DNA of 64,000 nt from Bdellovibrionota bacterium (GTDB lineage: Bacteria; Bdellovibrionota; UBA1018; CAIPTA01; JAALKR01), in assembly GCA_965207455.1 (NCBI GenBank), contig CBDBMJ010000001.1:1504001-1568000 (forward strand). Direction: 5' to 3'. Of the stretch, positions 1 to 10,554 are shown one piece after another. Both the position numbers and the translations under genes were made by a program. How positions within the stretch are numbered: position 1 is the first letter of the stretch; every line of letters starts with the position of its first letter. The notes beneath the pieces are model-generated. The model saw nothing but the letters and a program-made list of their open reading frames with translations. It had not been told where the DNA came from and ran no database searches.

Positions 1-1696
1 TTTTAGAAATATCATAGTTATAGATACCACCCATTACAAGTGTGGATCCACTTTTTACCAGCACCTGAGTCTTGATACTGCTGGTTCGAAGATCCTCGCC
101 AGATGCCTCTGGACTAGTTTTTGTTACATCAATGTCCATGAGGACAGAGCCATCGTTGGTGGCCTGTGGCGTTACGCTCATATTGAGGTTTGCATCTATA
201 TATGTTGGTGCGCTTGGCTGTCCGGTATCGGATAGGGGGCCAGGAATTTGGATTTTTTTACCATCCGTAATGGTAGCCGATTGCTTATTATTTACGATAA
301 TTCGAGGGGCTGCTATGATTTTCGATCTATCGCTGGTCTCAGAAAAATTTACCAAAAAGCTTAAGAAATCGGTTTCCCCTCCACCAATACGCAGACCCAA
401 TGCACCACCCGTACTCCCACTTTTCACAGAAAAATCACCCGAGGAAGAATCAAAGATGTTGGCAGCAAAGCCTGCTTTGAAAGATCCTGCTTGTTCTATA
501 TATCCCCCCCAGTTTATTCCCTTATCACGAGAAAAGTTATCGGAGGTGGTGATGATTTTAGATTCAATAAGTATTTGTGGTGTGGGCACATCCAACTCAT
601 CCACCAATTCCCGTATTCTTTTTATGCCAGACTCAGTGTTTGTAACTAACAAGGAATTTGTTCGTTCATCCACTTCAATTTTTCCACGAACAAAGTCATC
701 CGCATTCTCTTGATTTCTGCCACCTCTTCCAGAAGTATTGTTTTGTATAAGGTTAGATACAGTGCTTTTCACGACGCTAGCCTTGGCAAAACTCACAGGA
801 ATAATGGCCATGAATATAGGTTCGCCAATTTTTTCTGCAATTCTCAATTCCTGTTTCTTCCTTTCCTCTGCTTCATAGTCTTTTATGGTAGTAATTCGAA
901 CCACAGTTCCATGACTTGTTGCTTTGAGATTTTTCTCTTGAAGTACGATATCCAGTAATTGATCCCAGGGCACTTTCTTAATAGATATGGATACAGTGCC
1001 CTGAACACTGGAACTTGTAATGATATTCAGTCCACTAATGGTACTCACCAATCGAAAAATATCATGCACTTTGGCATCACTTGATTCAAAGGAAATCTCT
1101 TCTCCTTTATAGACCCGGATTTCTGAAGGAACATTTAAGGTTTGAATCAATTGATCGGCAAGTTTCATAGATCGGTTTTCCGCAGCAGCCTTTAAACTAA
1201 GCGTGTCTCCACTCATTCTGAACCGCCCTCTTACATTTCTCGACCAAATATCTTTTCGTACTCTCTGTTTTCTTTTTTTTAAGCGAGATTTCTTTGAAAT
1301 AAGTATTCTGTATTTATTCGGAGTTTTTTTAATTCTATAGGAAGACCTCCCTTTTAAGTGTATCAAGATTCCTGCGTCCATGTCACCAGCACCAGTATTA
1401 TAAACGCTGATCATCTTTAATGGTGTTCCTATTTTTTTACTGCGTATTTTTCTTGTGAGCCTCGCTGGGAACTGTTGCCCATATATTTTCAATGCTATTT
1501 TTTTCTGCTTCTTTAGGGATTGAATCTTGAAGATTACTGTACCCTTATAATGAATAACTAATTCCTCTCTGCCATTTGATGAAATGAGTTGTATGTCCTT
1601 TATCATGGGAATTTGACCAAAACATAGCTCTGGCACCAGAAAAGAAAAAAATAGTATACTCAATATTTTTACTGTATTTTTGTTTTTTAACATCAT
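1..1696 (-). CDS. pilQ: Type IV pilus secretin PilQ (runs off window start, 3' incomplete)
   Basis: Not in ORF track. Manual minus-strand reading from ATGATG overlapping the pilP stop gives a signal-like N-terminus, then YKGEEISFESSDAKVHDIFRLV, KKVPWDQLLDIVL and GKIEVDERTNSLLV...PTPQILIESKI (secretin N domains). Follows pilMNOP. Confidence 0.9.
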   Translation of the reverse strand, partial: MMLKNKNTVKILSILFFSFLVPELCFGQIPMIKDIQLISSNGREELVIHYKGTVIFKIQSLKKQKKIALKIYGQQFPARLTRKIRSKKIGTPLKMISVYNTGAGDMDAGILIHLKGRSSYRIKKTPNKYRILISKKSRLKKRKQRVRKDIWSRNVRGRFRMSGDTLSLKAAAENRSMKLADQLIQTLNVPSEIRVYKGEEISFESSDAKVHDIFRLVSTISGLNIITSSSVQGTVSISIKKVPWDQLLDIVLQEKNLKATSHGTVVRITTIKDYEAEERKKQELRIAEKIGEPIFMAIIPVSFAKASVVKSTVSNLIQNNTSGRGGRNQENADDFVRGKIEVDERTNSLLVTNTESGIKRIRELVDELDVPTPQILIESKIITTSDNFSRDKGINWGGYIEQAGSFKAGFAANIFDSSSGDFSVKSGSTGGALGLRIGGGETDFLSFLVNFSETSDRSKIIAAPRIIVNNKQSATITDGKKIQIPGPLSDTGQPSAPTYIDANLNMSVTPQATNDGSVLMDIDVTKTSPEASGEDLRTSSIKTQVLVKSGSTLVMGGIYNYDISK

Positions 1697-2220
1697 TTAT
1701 TTGCTCCAATATTCTTGTTTTCTCTATTTCCTACACTTAATTCTGTTAGAATTGTATCGAAGGAACCACGTTTGTTTTTTACCTTCCTCACAATGGAAAC
1801 CTTATCTGTTTCTATCTTTGTTATAACTCCACCATCAAGTCCAATTCTTGTGCCTTTTTTAACAATTATAACTTCTCCTTTAGGCGTCTTCACAAGCGCT
1901 CTAGGCGAACCGGAACTGACCAGCACTGCTGTTATTTTATAACTACTGACAGGGGCTAGCTCCAGCGGGGTTCTAGGTCTCTTTGGCTTCCCATCTTCTT
2001 TTTGGCTATTTAAGAATTTTTCGGCAAAAGGAGCCTCAGATTGTTCAAAAGGATCTCTTTGACTTAAAACATCCTTAATTGAAGAGAGATTCTCAAAGTA
2101 TTCACTCAAGGAAGTTTGTTTTTCTTTTTTAGCTTGAGCATAGACTTCCTGAGGTGGCATTGCCATACAGAGAAGGAAAAATCCCGATAGAGCGATTATT
2201 TTTTTTATAGTAAATTTCAT
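1693..2220 (-). CDS. pilP: Type IV pilus assembly protein PilP
   Basis: RDPF motif, RTPLE, ALVKTPKGEVIIVKKGTRIG..GGVITKI; position in pilMNOPQ. Confidence 0.88.
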   Translation of the reverse strand: MKFTIKKIIALSGFFLLCMAMPPQEVYAQAKKEKQTSLSEYFENLSSIKDVLSQRDPFEQSEAPFAEKFLNSQKEDGKPKRPRTPLELAPVSSYKITAVLVSSGSPRALVKTPKGEVIIVKKGTRIGLDGGVITKIETDKVSIVRKVKNKRGSFDTILTELSVGNRENKNIGANK

Positions 2221-2224
2221 GATG

Positions 2225-2848
2225 TTAAATCACCTTGTATACAGATAACTCCATTTGTATTTTAATTAATTGGAAGGTACGGCTGCCAGCGATTAGATTC
2301 TTTTCCGACAATCGACCACTGGTTCCGATCTGCACTTTCTTGTTAGCTTGAGTAGTTAGTGAAAAATTGGATACACCAATAAGTTGCTGGAATTTTGCAA
2401 GCCTATCCACAAAAATAAAAAACTGTAAGAAGGTGGCTTCCACACTAAAGGATATTTTTCTAGTGGAGTAGAGTTCTTTTCTATCTTCACCCTCCTGAGG
2501 CGTTACCTTTTCTATTATAATTCCAACCTGTTCCGCTTCCTTAAAGATAGCGATCAGCAAGGCAGGCAGATCAATTTCGTTTTTGAGAGAAACCTTCTTT
2601 TTCTGTAACTCCTCCTCTATTTTTTGTAACTCCCTTTGTTTTTTTGCATACTGCTCCTCAAATCTTTTAATTTCACTCATCTTACTTTTGATTGTACTAA
2701 TTTGGCTATTTATTCCATTTATCTCTGAAGCCTTTTGTTCTAGAATTGATTTGTCTTGAGTATAAAATCCATAGCCAGCACTCGCACCCACAACAACAAT
2801 TACAAGTCCCCATCCAATTTTGTCCAATAGATCTTTTATTCCATCCAT
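2225..2848 (-). CDS. pilO: Type IV pilus assembly protein PilO
   Basis: N-terminal TM, coiled coil, ferredoxin-like C-terminus (FLQFFIFVDRLA); operon position. Confidence 0.85.
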   Translation of the reverse strand: MDGIKDLLDKIGWGLVIVVVGASAGYGFYTQDKSILEQKASEINGINSQISTIKSKMSEIKRFEEQYAKKQRELQKIEEELQKKKVSLKNEIDLPALLIAIFKEAEQVGIIIEKVTPQEGEDRKELYSTRKISFSVEATFLQFFIFVDRLAKFQQLIGVSNFSLTTQANKKVQIGTSGRLSEKNLIAGSRTFQLIKIQMELSVYKVI

Positions 2849-2852
2849 AACT

Positions 2853-3500
2853 CTACCCCTTTTGTTTGATTCCCATGGAAACGTTGAATTTTTTTATTCT
2901 TTGTAAAGACTCTGGAATGCCGGGAATAATTTTTCTAGCAGGACTGGAGGAGATAGATTTTAAGCGTATATCTATGAATTTTTGAGAATTCTCCAAAATT
3001 TTCAGGAAGTGATTGATGGGAATGAGTTCCCAAGAAGCTCCCGCTAACTCTATTTTTCCATTATTCAAACGGATGGTCTCTAGCCAAACTTTTTTAGGAA
3101 TTGTTTTACTCATAAGATTCATGATATTGAAGCCCACCTGTCTGTCCATGTCTAAGGCATTAATAATGGAGAGCTTTCGAGTGATTTCACCAATACGCTT
3201 ATTGGTTTCCTGCATTTGTGCATTTACACCACTATTTTTTCGAACTTCCGCTTGCAAGGTATTTTTCTCCCCATTGAGCGTGCCTATTTGCGTATCTAGC
3301 TCCGCTACTTTTTTCTGGATTTGCTTTTCAGGTATCCCCAATACAAACCAACTGCCAGCAACCATGATGGCAATCTTCATGATCCCTTGAATGTAGTCAT
3401 TCAAACCCGATAGGCTTTCTCCTAAATTCACTGAGCTGAGGGATGCCCCACTCCTTCCTTTTCCCTTTGATGTTTTTCGAGCTAAATTAATTTTAAGCAT
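2853..3500 (-). CDS. pilN: Type IV pilus assembly protein PilN
   Basis: MLKINLA N-terminal motif, TM, coiled coil, IPKKVWL motif; operon position. Confidence 0.88.
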   Translation of the reverse strand: MLKINLARKTSKGKGRSGASLSSVNLGESLSGLNDYIQGIMKIAIMVAGSWFVLGIPEKQIQKKVAELDTQIGTLNGEKNTLQAEVRKNSGVNAQMQETNKRIGEITRKLSIINALDMDRQVGFNIMNLMSKTIPKKVWLETIRLNNGKIELAGASWELIPINHFLKILENSQKFIDIRLKSISSSPARKIIPGIPESLQRIKKFNVSMGIKQKG

Positions 3501-3509
3501 TACTTCCTC

Positions 3510-4565
3510 CTAGTCGAAACTCCTTAATGCTAACCCTAATGAAATGGCAGCACTTGATGAAACGGCTGATATGAAATCATCATTGTATTTTTTCGAGTTG
3601 TAAGTGACTTTTTTGAACGGATTGAGTTGTTCTATGGGAGCCTTAACCACCCCACTCAAACTTTTTATTAGTGTGGGCAGTCGGCAACTTCCTCCAGATA
3701 AATATACATGAGAGATGACTCTTTTACTGTTGGAAGAAGTAAAAAAATCTAGGCTTCGACGTATTTCTAAAGCAATATTTTCAGAAATGGTCTCCATGGC
3801 TGCTATTACTTTCTCCGGAGACTTTCCCGATGAACTTGCATCCACCTTCAAGGCTTCCGCTTCTTGAAGACTCACACCCATTTTATTTTGTATTTCAGCG
3901 GTCAACCAGGCTCCACCAATGGAAACATCCCGAGTAAAAAGGGTGGTGGAAGCATCCACTATATTTATTTTCATAATGGAAGCACCAATATCCACGAGAA
4001 GGCTCACCGCACCCTCCTCCACATCATAATTAGTCCAATAAATATTGGATAGAGCAAAAGCGTCCACATCCACAATACTTAGCTTCAATCCCAGACCACT
4101 TAAAAAATCTGTTCGACCAATAAGAAAATCTTTTTTGGTGGCTACTAATAAAACCCCCATCTTGCCATCTTCCCGTTCAGGCTCTATGACTTCAAAATCT
4201 AAATTAATCTCTGCCATGTCGAAAGGAATATACTGTTCAGCCTCCCAGGTGATTTGATCTTCCAACTCCTTGGGACGTACCTTGTCTATTTGAATCTGCT
4301 TAATAATAATTGATGAACCAGCAACCGAGGTACAAACCTCATCCGTCTTAATACCCGATTCCTCAATTACGCTCTTTACAGCGCCCCCAACCACAGTCTC
4401 GTCTATAATATCCCCATTTACAACGCTACCTTGGGGCACTCCAACCACGCCGAATGCACTCAAGTTACAGGTGCTACCTTTTTTTTGTAGCTGGGCCACC
4501 TTGATGGAGCTAGAACCCACATCTAGTCCAAAAATATTTAGTTTGGATTTTCCTCCAAAAAACAT
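3510..4565 (-). CDS. pilM: Type IV pilus assembly protein PilM
   Basis: GLDVGSSSIKV, WEAEQYIPF, LVDIGA, LSGGS actin-like motifs. Confidence 0.95.
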   Translation of the reverse strand: MFFGGKSKLNIFGLDVGSSSIKVAQLQKKGSTCNLSAFGVVGVPQGSVVNGDIIDETVVGGAVKSVIEESGIKTDEVCTSVAGSSIIIKQIQIDKVRPKELEDQITWEAEQYIPFDMAEINLDFEVIEPEREDGKMGVLLVATKKDFLIGRTDFLSGLGLKLSIVDVDAFALSNIYWTNYDVEEGAVSLLVDIGASIMKINIVDASTTLFTRDVSIGGAWLTAEIQNKMGVSLQEAEALKVDASSSGKSPEKVIAAMETISENIALEIRRSLDFFTSSNSKRVISHVYLSGGSCRLPTLIKSLSGVVKAPIEQLNPFKKVTYNSKKYNDDFISAVSSSAAISLGLALRSFD

Positions 4566-4635
4566 CGTTCCTCCATGAAGTACCCAAGAGATTGGATGAG
4601 TCGCATGAATATTCCTTTTTCAGCGTCTTAGTTTC

Positions 4636-4664
4636 ATTATAGCCGCGTGGTGCCTATGATTCAA
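4636..4664 (-). promoter_or_regulatory. sigma70-type promoter for pilMNOPQ
   Basis: Minus strand TTGAAT-17 bp-TATAAT about 70 bp upstream of pilM. Confidence 0.6.
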
Positions 4665-4709
4665 GAAAGAAACGTTATTTAAAAAAAAATGCACAGCGTC
4701 TGTGGAGCC

Positions 4710-5642
4710 CTAGTAGGCATCATCATCATTGGTGTAACGCCTAGAAGAGTCGCCCGAACTTGGGGATTCTTCGTCGCCGGGCTGATCATCGCCCTCGACT
4801 TGAAAGTCCATTTCGGCAGTAGCCTCTAACCATGCAGCCTCTGAGGCAAGATCGTCCTCCATGGCATCTAGGTATTTGTCCGGATACTTGGAAATAAGAT
4901 TATCCACATACTCTTCGAGCTGGTTGGAGGAGAGGATGAGCCCCTTCTTTTTGATGCGTCGCCAATTTTTAATATAGTGGAGCCTACAGTACCCTAGGAG
5001 CAACGGTTGGGCTCCGCAGTCCTGTTCCCGACAGTGTCGCTTTGAGGCCGCTTCCTTTTTCTCCGCACTCGCAGAAGATTTTATGCTTTTGGTGGATTTT
5101 TTTGCCGAGAGGGAGAATTTTTTACTGGCTGCTTTACTCGTTACTTTGACCTTAGTGGTTGCTTTGCTGGCTACCTTACTTACTTTAGCGGCTGCTTTGG
5201 TGGCTGCTATGGGCGCAGGTATTTTTTTCTTGGGCTTTCGGGACGGGCTGAAAGCCTGTGTGGGTGCTGCCTTTACTAGCGGACTCTTGCTGGGAGACTT
5301 GGTTTTTGCCGTATTTTTCTTCCGTGTAACAGGGGAGGCATTGGTTTTTTTGGCTGCCACTACCTTCTTCTTGGTTACTTTTGTGGCTGTTTTTGTGACC
5401 TTTTTACCAATCGGAGAGACTTTTGCCTTAAGCTGGGTCTTATTCCCCGATTTCTTTACTTTTGCTGCCACCTTCGGTCTAGCGGCCTTAGGGGGGGTCT
5501 CTGGTCGACTTTTTCTGGCTGCTGCCTTCTGCTTTTTCTTCGCCTTAGTGGTCTTGACGTTGGTTTTGGCTTTAGATTTGGCTTTGGCGCTGGTTTTGGC
5601 GCTGGCTTTACTCTTGGCTTTAAGTGTTTTCTTATTAACCAT
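4710..5642 (-). CDS. Lys/Ala-rich histone H1-like protein with C-terminal Cys/His cluster and acidic tail
   Basis: About 200 aa K/A/T/S-rich region, then CREQDC..YCRLH, then acidic tail. Start placed at 5642 behind an AGGAG RBS (track start 5669). Confidence 0.7.
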   Translation of the reverse strand: MVNKKTLKAKSKASAKTSAKAKSKAKTNVKTTKAKKKQKAAARKSRPETPPKAARPKVAAKVKKSGNKTQLKAKVSPIGKKVTKTATKVTKKKVVAAKKTNASPVTRKKNTAKTKSPSKSPLVKAAPTQAFSPSRKPKKKIPAPIAATKAAAKVSKVASKATTKVKVTSKAASKKFSLSAKKSTKSIKSSASAEKKEAASKRHCREQDCGAQPLLLGYCRLHYIKNWRRIKKKGLILSSNQLEEYVDNLISKYPDKYLDAMEDDLASEAAWLEATAEMDFQVEGDDQPGDEESPSSGDSSRRYTNDDDAY

Positions 5643-5853
5643 AATTGCTCCTAGAATTTTCTTTATCATACACTAACCCCTGTATTCATCCTTTAATTTG
5701 GGCCGGAAGCCAAGAAAATAAGGGCTGGGCTTCCCGAACTTTCTTACCTGTTCTCCTTTTTATAAAAACAGGTCTATGTTATGAATGGTTACATTGACAT
5801 TGGCATTTAGGCAAGAATTACCTGAGCCTATCCATTGTTTGAAACATCTAATT

Positions 5854-7470
5854 ATGATTGATAAAGCTGCCATTGATACTAACGCCCTGAAATACTGCTC
5901 TGCATTAAAAAGAGCCCGATTCTCTGCCTTTTTGGTAGGGGGCAGTGTACGGGATCTCCTGTTGGGGAAAAAACCCAAAGATTTTGACATCGCCACAAAC
6001 GCAACCCCCATGCAAATAAAACGAACCATTCCCAATGGAAAAATTATAGGTCGCCGTTTTCGCCATGTAATGTTGGATCAGGATAACCGTCGTTATGAAA
6101 TTATCACTTTTCGTGGAGCCGTTATCAACAGGACTGAAAATGCAAAGGGGAATAAGCCAGCCTATCCTGATTTAAACCAATTTGGAAACGCCGAGCAGGA
6201 CGCCGTACGAAGAGATTTTACCATCAATGCCCTTTTCTACGATCCGGACTCCAACGAGTTAGTGGACTATGTGGGCGGTAAAAAAGATATTGATGCCAAG
6301 ATTCTCCGTGCCATAGGTTCTGCTCCCGTTCGAATGAAGGAAGACCCCATACGGATTCTTCGAGCCATTCGACACAAAGTAAAATTAAATTTAAAGTATA
6401 ATCCTCCACTGGAAAAAGCCATGAAAGCAATGGCTCCTGAGCTTGAAAGCACGTCAAGGGATCGTGTGCGTGAGGAATTTTTAAAGATTTGCAATGATCG
6501 CTCCTTGTCTGCCTTCTTAGAGGAAGCCAAGCGAATAAATATTTTACAGTATGTAGCTCCTTGGTTTAAAGACATCCACAAGAATGACTGGGAGGACGGA
6601 GTGCAAGCTTGGCGTGCTTTTGCAACAGAAAAGGAAGATCCACCCACTCCTATCATCGGTCTTAGCATGATGGCTATTCCCTTAGTCCAGAGCATGGTTG
6701 TGGAAGAATTTAAAAAGGAAGCCAATCGGGATATTCGCTTTGACGTAAAATACTTTCTTCACTCCGATCCCCTTCGAAGTTGTCTGATGCGTAGTTTGAG
6801 GCTTTCTAGAGTACAGGCAGACCTTATTCTCCGAATATGTTTTTATTGGCACCAGATGACGAATACTTGGTTGGATCAAGACCCCCTGCCAAGCAAGGTG
6901 TCTGAAAAACTCCAGCAGCGTAGTGCTCCCATACTGGCCGCACTTGTAGCGAAAATTTGGATACAAGCCCGGGGCAAGGAAGTTCCCTCTTGGATGAACG
7001 AGCTCGCCTCCAGTGCTTACAAAAAAATGGATGCGCCCAGAAGTACCACAAGAAAGAGACCCTCTTCTGTGGATAAGAGTAGTAGGAGAAAATATCGACG
7101 TGACGAGGAAAATTTAATACCTGCAGTTCAAGCACTACCCCCCTTAGATAAACCGTTAACTTGGAACGGTCCCTTACACCAACCCATCATGCGTCCCATA
7201 TTTCCCGAGGATACCTCGGTAAAATCCAGCAAGGTATCGCCGTACCGGGAGTCGGGAATACCTCTTATTCCCACAGATAAAAGCATTATTCATTCCTATG
7301 TAATTCAAAACTACAAACCAGAATTTCCCAATGAGCCCGAGGACAAAACTGAGAGTCGACAAGAGGTCAGCACTGAAAACCATCTCAATGAATCTCCTCA
7401 AAAGAACTACTCCGAAGAGGAATCAACTGTGGTTCAAGAAAATAGCAAGGTCACCCAAAGTAGGAAATAA
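5854..7470 (+). CDS. pcnB: Poly(A) polymerase / CCA-adding family nucleotidyltransferase
   Basis: VGGSVRDLLLG..PKDFDIAT, IIGRRF (PAP-type signature), RRDFTINA, EDPIRILRA. Confidence 0.85.
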   Translation: MIDKAAIDTNALKYCSALKRARFSAFLVGGSVRDLLLGKKPKDFDIATNATPMQIKRTIPNGKIIGRRFRHVMLDQDNRRYEIITFRGAVINRTENAKGNKPAYPDLNQFGNAEQDAVRRDFTINALFYDPDSNELVDYVGGKKDIDAKILRAIGSAPVRMKEDPIRILRAIRHKVKLNLKYNPPLEKAMKAMAPELESTSRDRVREEFLKICNDRSLSAFLEEAKRINILQYVAPWFKDIHKNDWEDGVQAWRAFATEKEDPPTPIIGLSMMAIPLVQSMVVEEFKKEANRDIRFDVKYFLHSDPLRSCLMRSLRLSRVQADLILRICFYWHQMTNTWLDQDPLPSKVSEKLQQRSAPILAALVAKIWIQARGKEVPSWMNELASSAYKKMDAPRSTTRKRPSSVDKSSRRKYRRDEENLIPAVQALPPLDKPLTWNGPLHQPIMRPIFPEDTSVKSSKVSPYRESGIPLIPTDKSIIHSYVIQNYKPEFPNEPEDKTESRQEVSTENHLNESPQKNYSEEESTVVQENSKVTQSRK

Positions 7471-7475
7471 TTTCG

Positions 7476-8690
7476 TTGGGTGGGGTGGATAATCAACTAC
7501 TTGTGCATGTTAACGGTCAGGATGGCCCTGGCATAACTGCAACCATTATGAACTACCTAGATAAGTCCGAGATGCAACTCTTAGACATTGAACAAGCCAT
7601 CGTACACCAACACCTATCCCTACAACTTCTGGTACAAACGAGCATTTCTCCCCAACAAATGAAGCAAGACTTAGCCCAATACTTAAAAAAATTCTCTCTC
7701 CATATCAAAACCGAAGAGGTTTCTGGAAGACGTTCTGTTGCCGATCCTGCCAATAGGTTTGTTACCACAATGATTGCCGACGAAGTAAATCCACGCTGTA
7801 TTGCGGAAATTACAGCAGCCATTGCTGAGTTTGATGCCAATATAGAGACCATTAGGAAGCTCAATAACGGGGGACTGGAAACCATCGAATTAATTTCTTC
7901 CCATAAGGGAGTTTTAGATCTGCCCACGATCACAGAAAAATTATTGGAAGTGGCAGGCACCTTTCCCGATCTGGACTTGGCCGTGCAACGGGAAAATCTT
8001 TACAGAAGATCGAAGCGACTCATCTTATTCGACATGGACTCCACCCTCATCAAAGGAGAAGTGATCGACATGCTCGCACAACAAGTGGGCAAAGAAAAAG
8101 AAATAAAAGCTCTCACCGAGCGAGCAATGGCAGGAGAAATGGATTTCAAAACATCCCTGCTGGAAAGAGTAAAAGCCCTAAAGGGGCTTACCATGGAGCA
8201 GGTCAATGAAGTGGTGGAAAATCTGGAGCTTACTCTGGGGGCAAGCACTTTAATAAAAGTGCTGAAAAAATTAGGTTTTAAAGTGGCCATTATTAGCGGT
8301 GGCTTCACCCACTTTGCCAATAGGCTCAAAGAAAAATTGGGTGCCCATTACGTCTATGCCAACCAATTGGAGTTTGAATCTGGTGTTCTCACAGGAAATT
8401 TAGAGGGACCCATTATCGATAAAGCCAGAAAGGCAGACCTGTTAGAGTTAATTGCTCAGCAGGAGGGCATACCACTGGAGCAAGTAATCGCTGTTGGCGA
8501 TGGAGCCAATGATGTGGAAATGCTAAAGCGAGCAGGTCTAGGAATTGCCTTCAACGCAAAACCCATTACAAAACAAAATGTAAAAACAGCCATCACCCAA
8601 AAAAGCATGACCTCTATTTTATATCTCCTGGGAATTACGGACAATGAGATTCAATCCATGGGGTATACGATACCCAAACTAAAGGACTAA
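7476..8690 (+). CDS. serB: Phosphoserine phosphatase with ACT domains
   Basis: N-terminal ACT domains (GQDGPGITA), [19 protein letters not shown]. Confidence 0.95.
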   Translation: MGGVDNQLLVHVNGQDGPGITATIMNYLDKSEMQLLDIEQAIVHQHLSLQLLVQTSISPQQMKQDLAQYLKKFSLHIKTEEVSGRRSVADPANRFVTTMIADEVNPRCIAEITAAIAEFDANIETIRKLNNGGLETIELISSHKGVLDLPTITEKLLEVAGTFPDLDLAVQRENLYRRSKRLILFDMDSTLIKGEVIDMLAQQVGKEKEIKALTERAMAGEMDFKTSLLERVKALKGLTMEQVNEVVENLELTLGASTLIKVLKKLGFKVAIISGGFTHFANRLKEKLGAHYVYANQLEFESGVLTGNLEGPIIDKARKADLLELIAQQEGIPLEQVIAVGDGANDVEMLKRAGLGIAFNAKPITKQNVKTAITQKSMTSILYLLGITDNEIQSMGYTIPKLKD

Positions 8691-9623
8691 GCCTGAGGAG
8701 GAAAACTCCAACATTCGCCGAATGGGAACAAGTGCCCGTTGCCGAATCTCCTCGTTTATTTCAATGCGAGGATTTAAGTTCTCCAGTGCGAGGCGTACTT
8801 TCTCTAAGGTATTCTTTCTCATATGAGGACATTCATTACAGGCACACTGATTATTGGTTGGCGCAGGAATAAAGGTTTTTTCAGGCACTTGCTTCTTCAT
8901 CTGGTGGATAATTCCAGCCTCAGTTGCAATAATATACGCATCCCCTGGATCGGTTTTCGCATAATTTAAAATTGCTGTTGTGGAGCCAATAAAGTCTGCC
9001 ATATCCAGTATGGGTTGCTCACATTCCGGGTGGGCTAGGACGGCAGCACTGGGATGTCTTACTTTTAACTGAATGAGTTTCTTCTCTGAAAAAATTTCGT
9101 GCACCATACAGGTTCCATTCCAAAGCAACATGTCCCTGCCTGTTTTCTTCATTACATAAGCACCTAAGTTTTTATCTGGAGCAAAAATTATTTTTTTATC
9201 CAAAGGAAGAGCATTCACGATACCTACCGCATTGGAACTGGTGCAAATAATATCACTCTCTGCTTTTACCTCAGCGGAACAGTTCAAATAAGTAATCACT
9301 AAATGGTGGGGATGATCTTTCTTAAATGCACGAAAATCCTCCACAGGACAAGCGTCTGCCAAAGAACATCCAGCACTTAAGTCTGGCAACAATACAATTT
9401 TTCCAGGGTTTAAAATCTTTGCCGTCTCTGCCATAAAGTGCACCCCTGCAAAGAGGATAATGTCCGCATCTGTTTTCGCTGCCACCTGAGCTAGCTGCAA
9501 ACTATCTCCAATATGGTCGGCTATGTCTTGGATATCCGGCTCTTGGTAATAGTGAGCCAGAACGCACGCATTACGATCTTTTTTTAATCTTGCTATCTCG
9601 TCAAATATATCCATCACAAACAC
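8679..9623 (-). CDS. nadA: Quinolinate synthase
   Basis: [30 protein letters not shown]. Confidence 0.97.
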   Translation of the reverse strand: MFVMDIFDEIARLKKDRNACVLAHYYQEPDIQDIADHIGDSLQLAQVAAKTDADIILFAGVHFMAETAKILNPGKIVLLPDLSAGCSLADACPVEDFRAFKKDHPHHLVITYLNCSAEVKAESDIICTSSNAVGIVNALPLDKKIIFAPDKNLGAYVMKKTGRDMLLWNGTCMVHEIFSEKKLIQLKVRHPSAAVLAHPECEQPILDMADFIGSTTAILNYAKTDPGDAYIIATEAGIIHQMKKQVPEKTFIPAPTNNQCACNECPHMRKNTLEKVRLALENLNPRIEINEEIRQRALVPIRRMLEFSSSGLVL

Positions 9624-9635
9624 CTAAAATAAAAA

Positions 9636-10021
9636 GCAGCAGGACGATAAGCCGGGTTCTGTACTTTATATAAATGTTACTTTATATAAAGTGGTAATCA
9701 TTCATCTCGAACCCATGTTACCATGAATCTCTAGCGAACCTACCCACATACTTTGGGCGAGCAGCCCTCAAGCGTATGCCTATTTGGTCTTGCTCCAGGT
9801 GGGGTTTACCAAGCCATATTGTTACCAATATACTGGTGGGCTCTTACCACCACCGTTTCACCCTTACCCATAAGACACCATCCCATGGGCGGTCTATTCT
9901 CTGTTGCACTTTCCGTCGCCCCCGAAGGGACTCCTGGTCGTTAACCAGCACCTCGCTCTATGGAGCCCGGACTTTCCTCTACCAGATAATAAAATCCAAT
10001 AGCGATTACCTGTCCTGCTGC
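9636..10021 (-). ncRNA. rnpB: RNase P RNA (type A)
   Basis: Minus strand GAGGAAAGTCCGGGCTC, AGTGCAACAGAG, GGTAAACCCCACCTGGAGCAAG and CAGAACCCGGCTTA; ends GCAGCAGGAC / GTCCTGCTGC pair as P1. Confidence 0.97.
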
Positions 10022-10075
10022 CCCTCCCATATACCACGCTTTCCGCACTCTCTCTACCTGAAAAGCGAATAATTC

Positions 10076-10516
10076 TCACTCAGACACCACAGGTTCCCCT
10101 AAATTGTACATGGTGATATTCTCACCCTCTTTCGTGGCCATACGAGCCCTTCCGTTGGATTCCAATAGTATTTCCAGAATTCTGTTTTCAGCCCCTCGAA
10201 CTTTGAGGTAAGTGTCAGTTATAAAAGCAGAAACTTCAAAATCTAGGATCACAAACTCCCTCTCCGTAAATCCCGCTAAAATAGCAGTGGCCTGCCTGTA
10301 ATCTGCCCAGTCCTCAGGCAAGTCCCCGTCGAAATAACGACTCCAAATAACCTCTAAAGGGGCAACCTCCACCAGCAAACTACCAAGCGTTTCTTCTTCA
10401 TTCGAACTGGAAAGAATGGGATAAATACCCGCAAAACGTTCCGCTGGGGAAGCCATGGCAACGTTACTGAAAAAAAGAGAACTTCCAACAATAATAAATA
10501 ATAATTTTTTATACAT
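10076..10516 (-). CDS. Hypothetical exported protein
   Basis: Signal peptide ending AMA; AAGGAGG RBS. Confidence 0.65.
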   Translation of the reverse strand: MYKKLLFIIVGSSLFFSNVAMASPAERFAGIYPILSSSNEEETLGSLLVEVAPLEVIWSRYFDGDLPEDWADYRQATAILAGFTEREFVILDFEVSAFITDTYLKVRGAENRILEILLESNGRARMATKEGENITMYNLGEPVVSE

Positions 10517-10554
10517 TCAACCCTCCTTGGTTTTTCTTATTATAACATAGAAAA

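Noticed and set aside
72..958. Plus-strand ORFs 72-713 and 710-958
   Set aside because: Antisense shadows of pilQ, which the track missed because it runs off the window
5083..5676. 197-aa hydrophobic ORF resembling a membrane protein
   Set aside because: Antisense mirror of the Lys/Ala-rich gene
9753..10079. Three short ORFs
   Set aside because: They overlap the RNase P RNA gene
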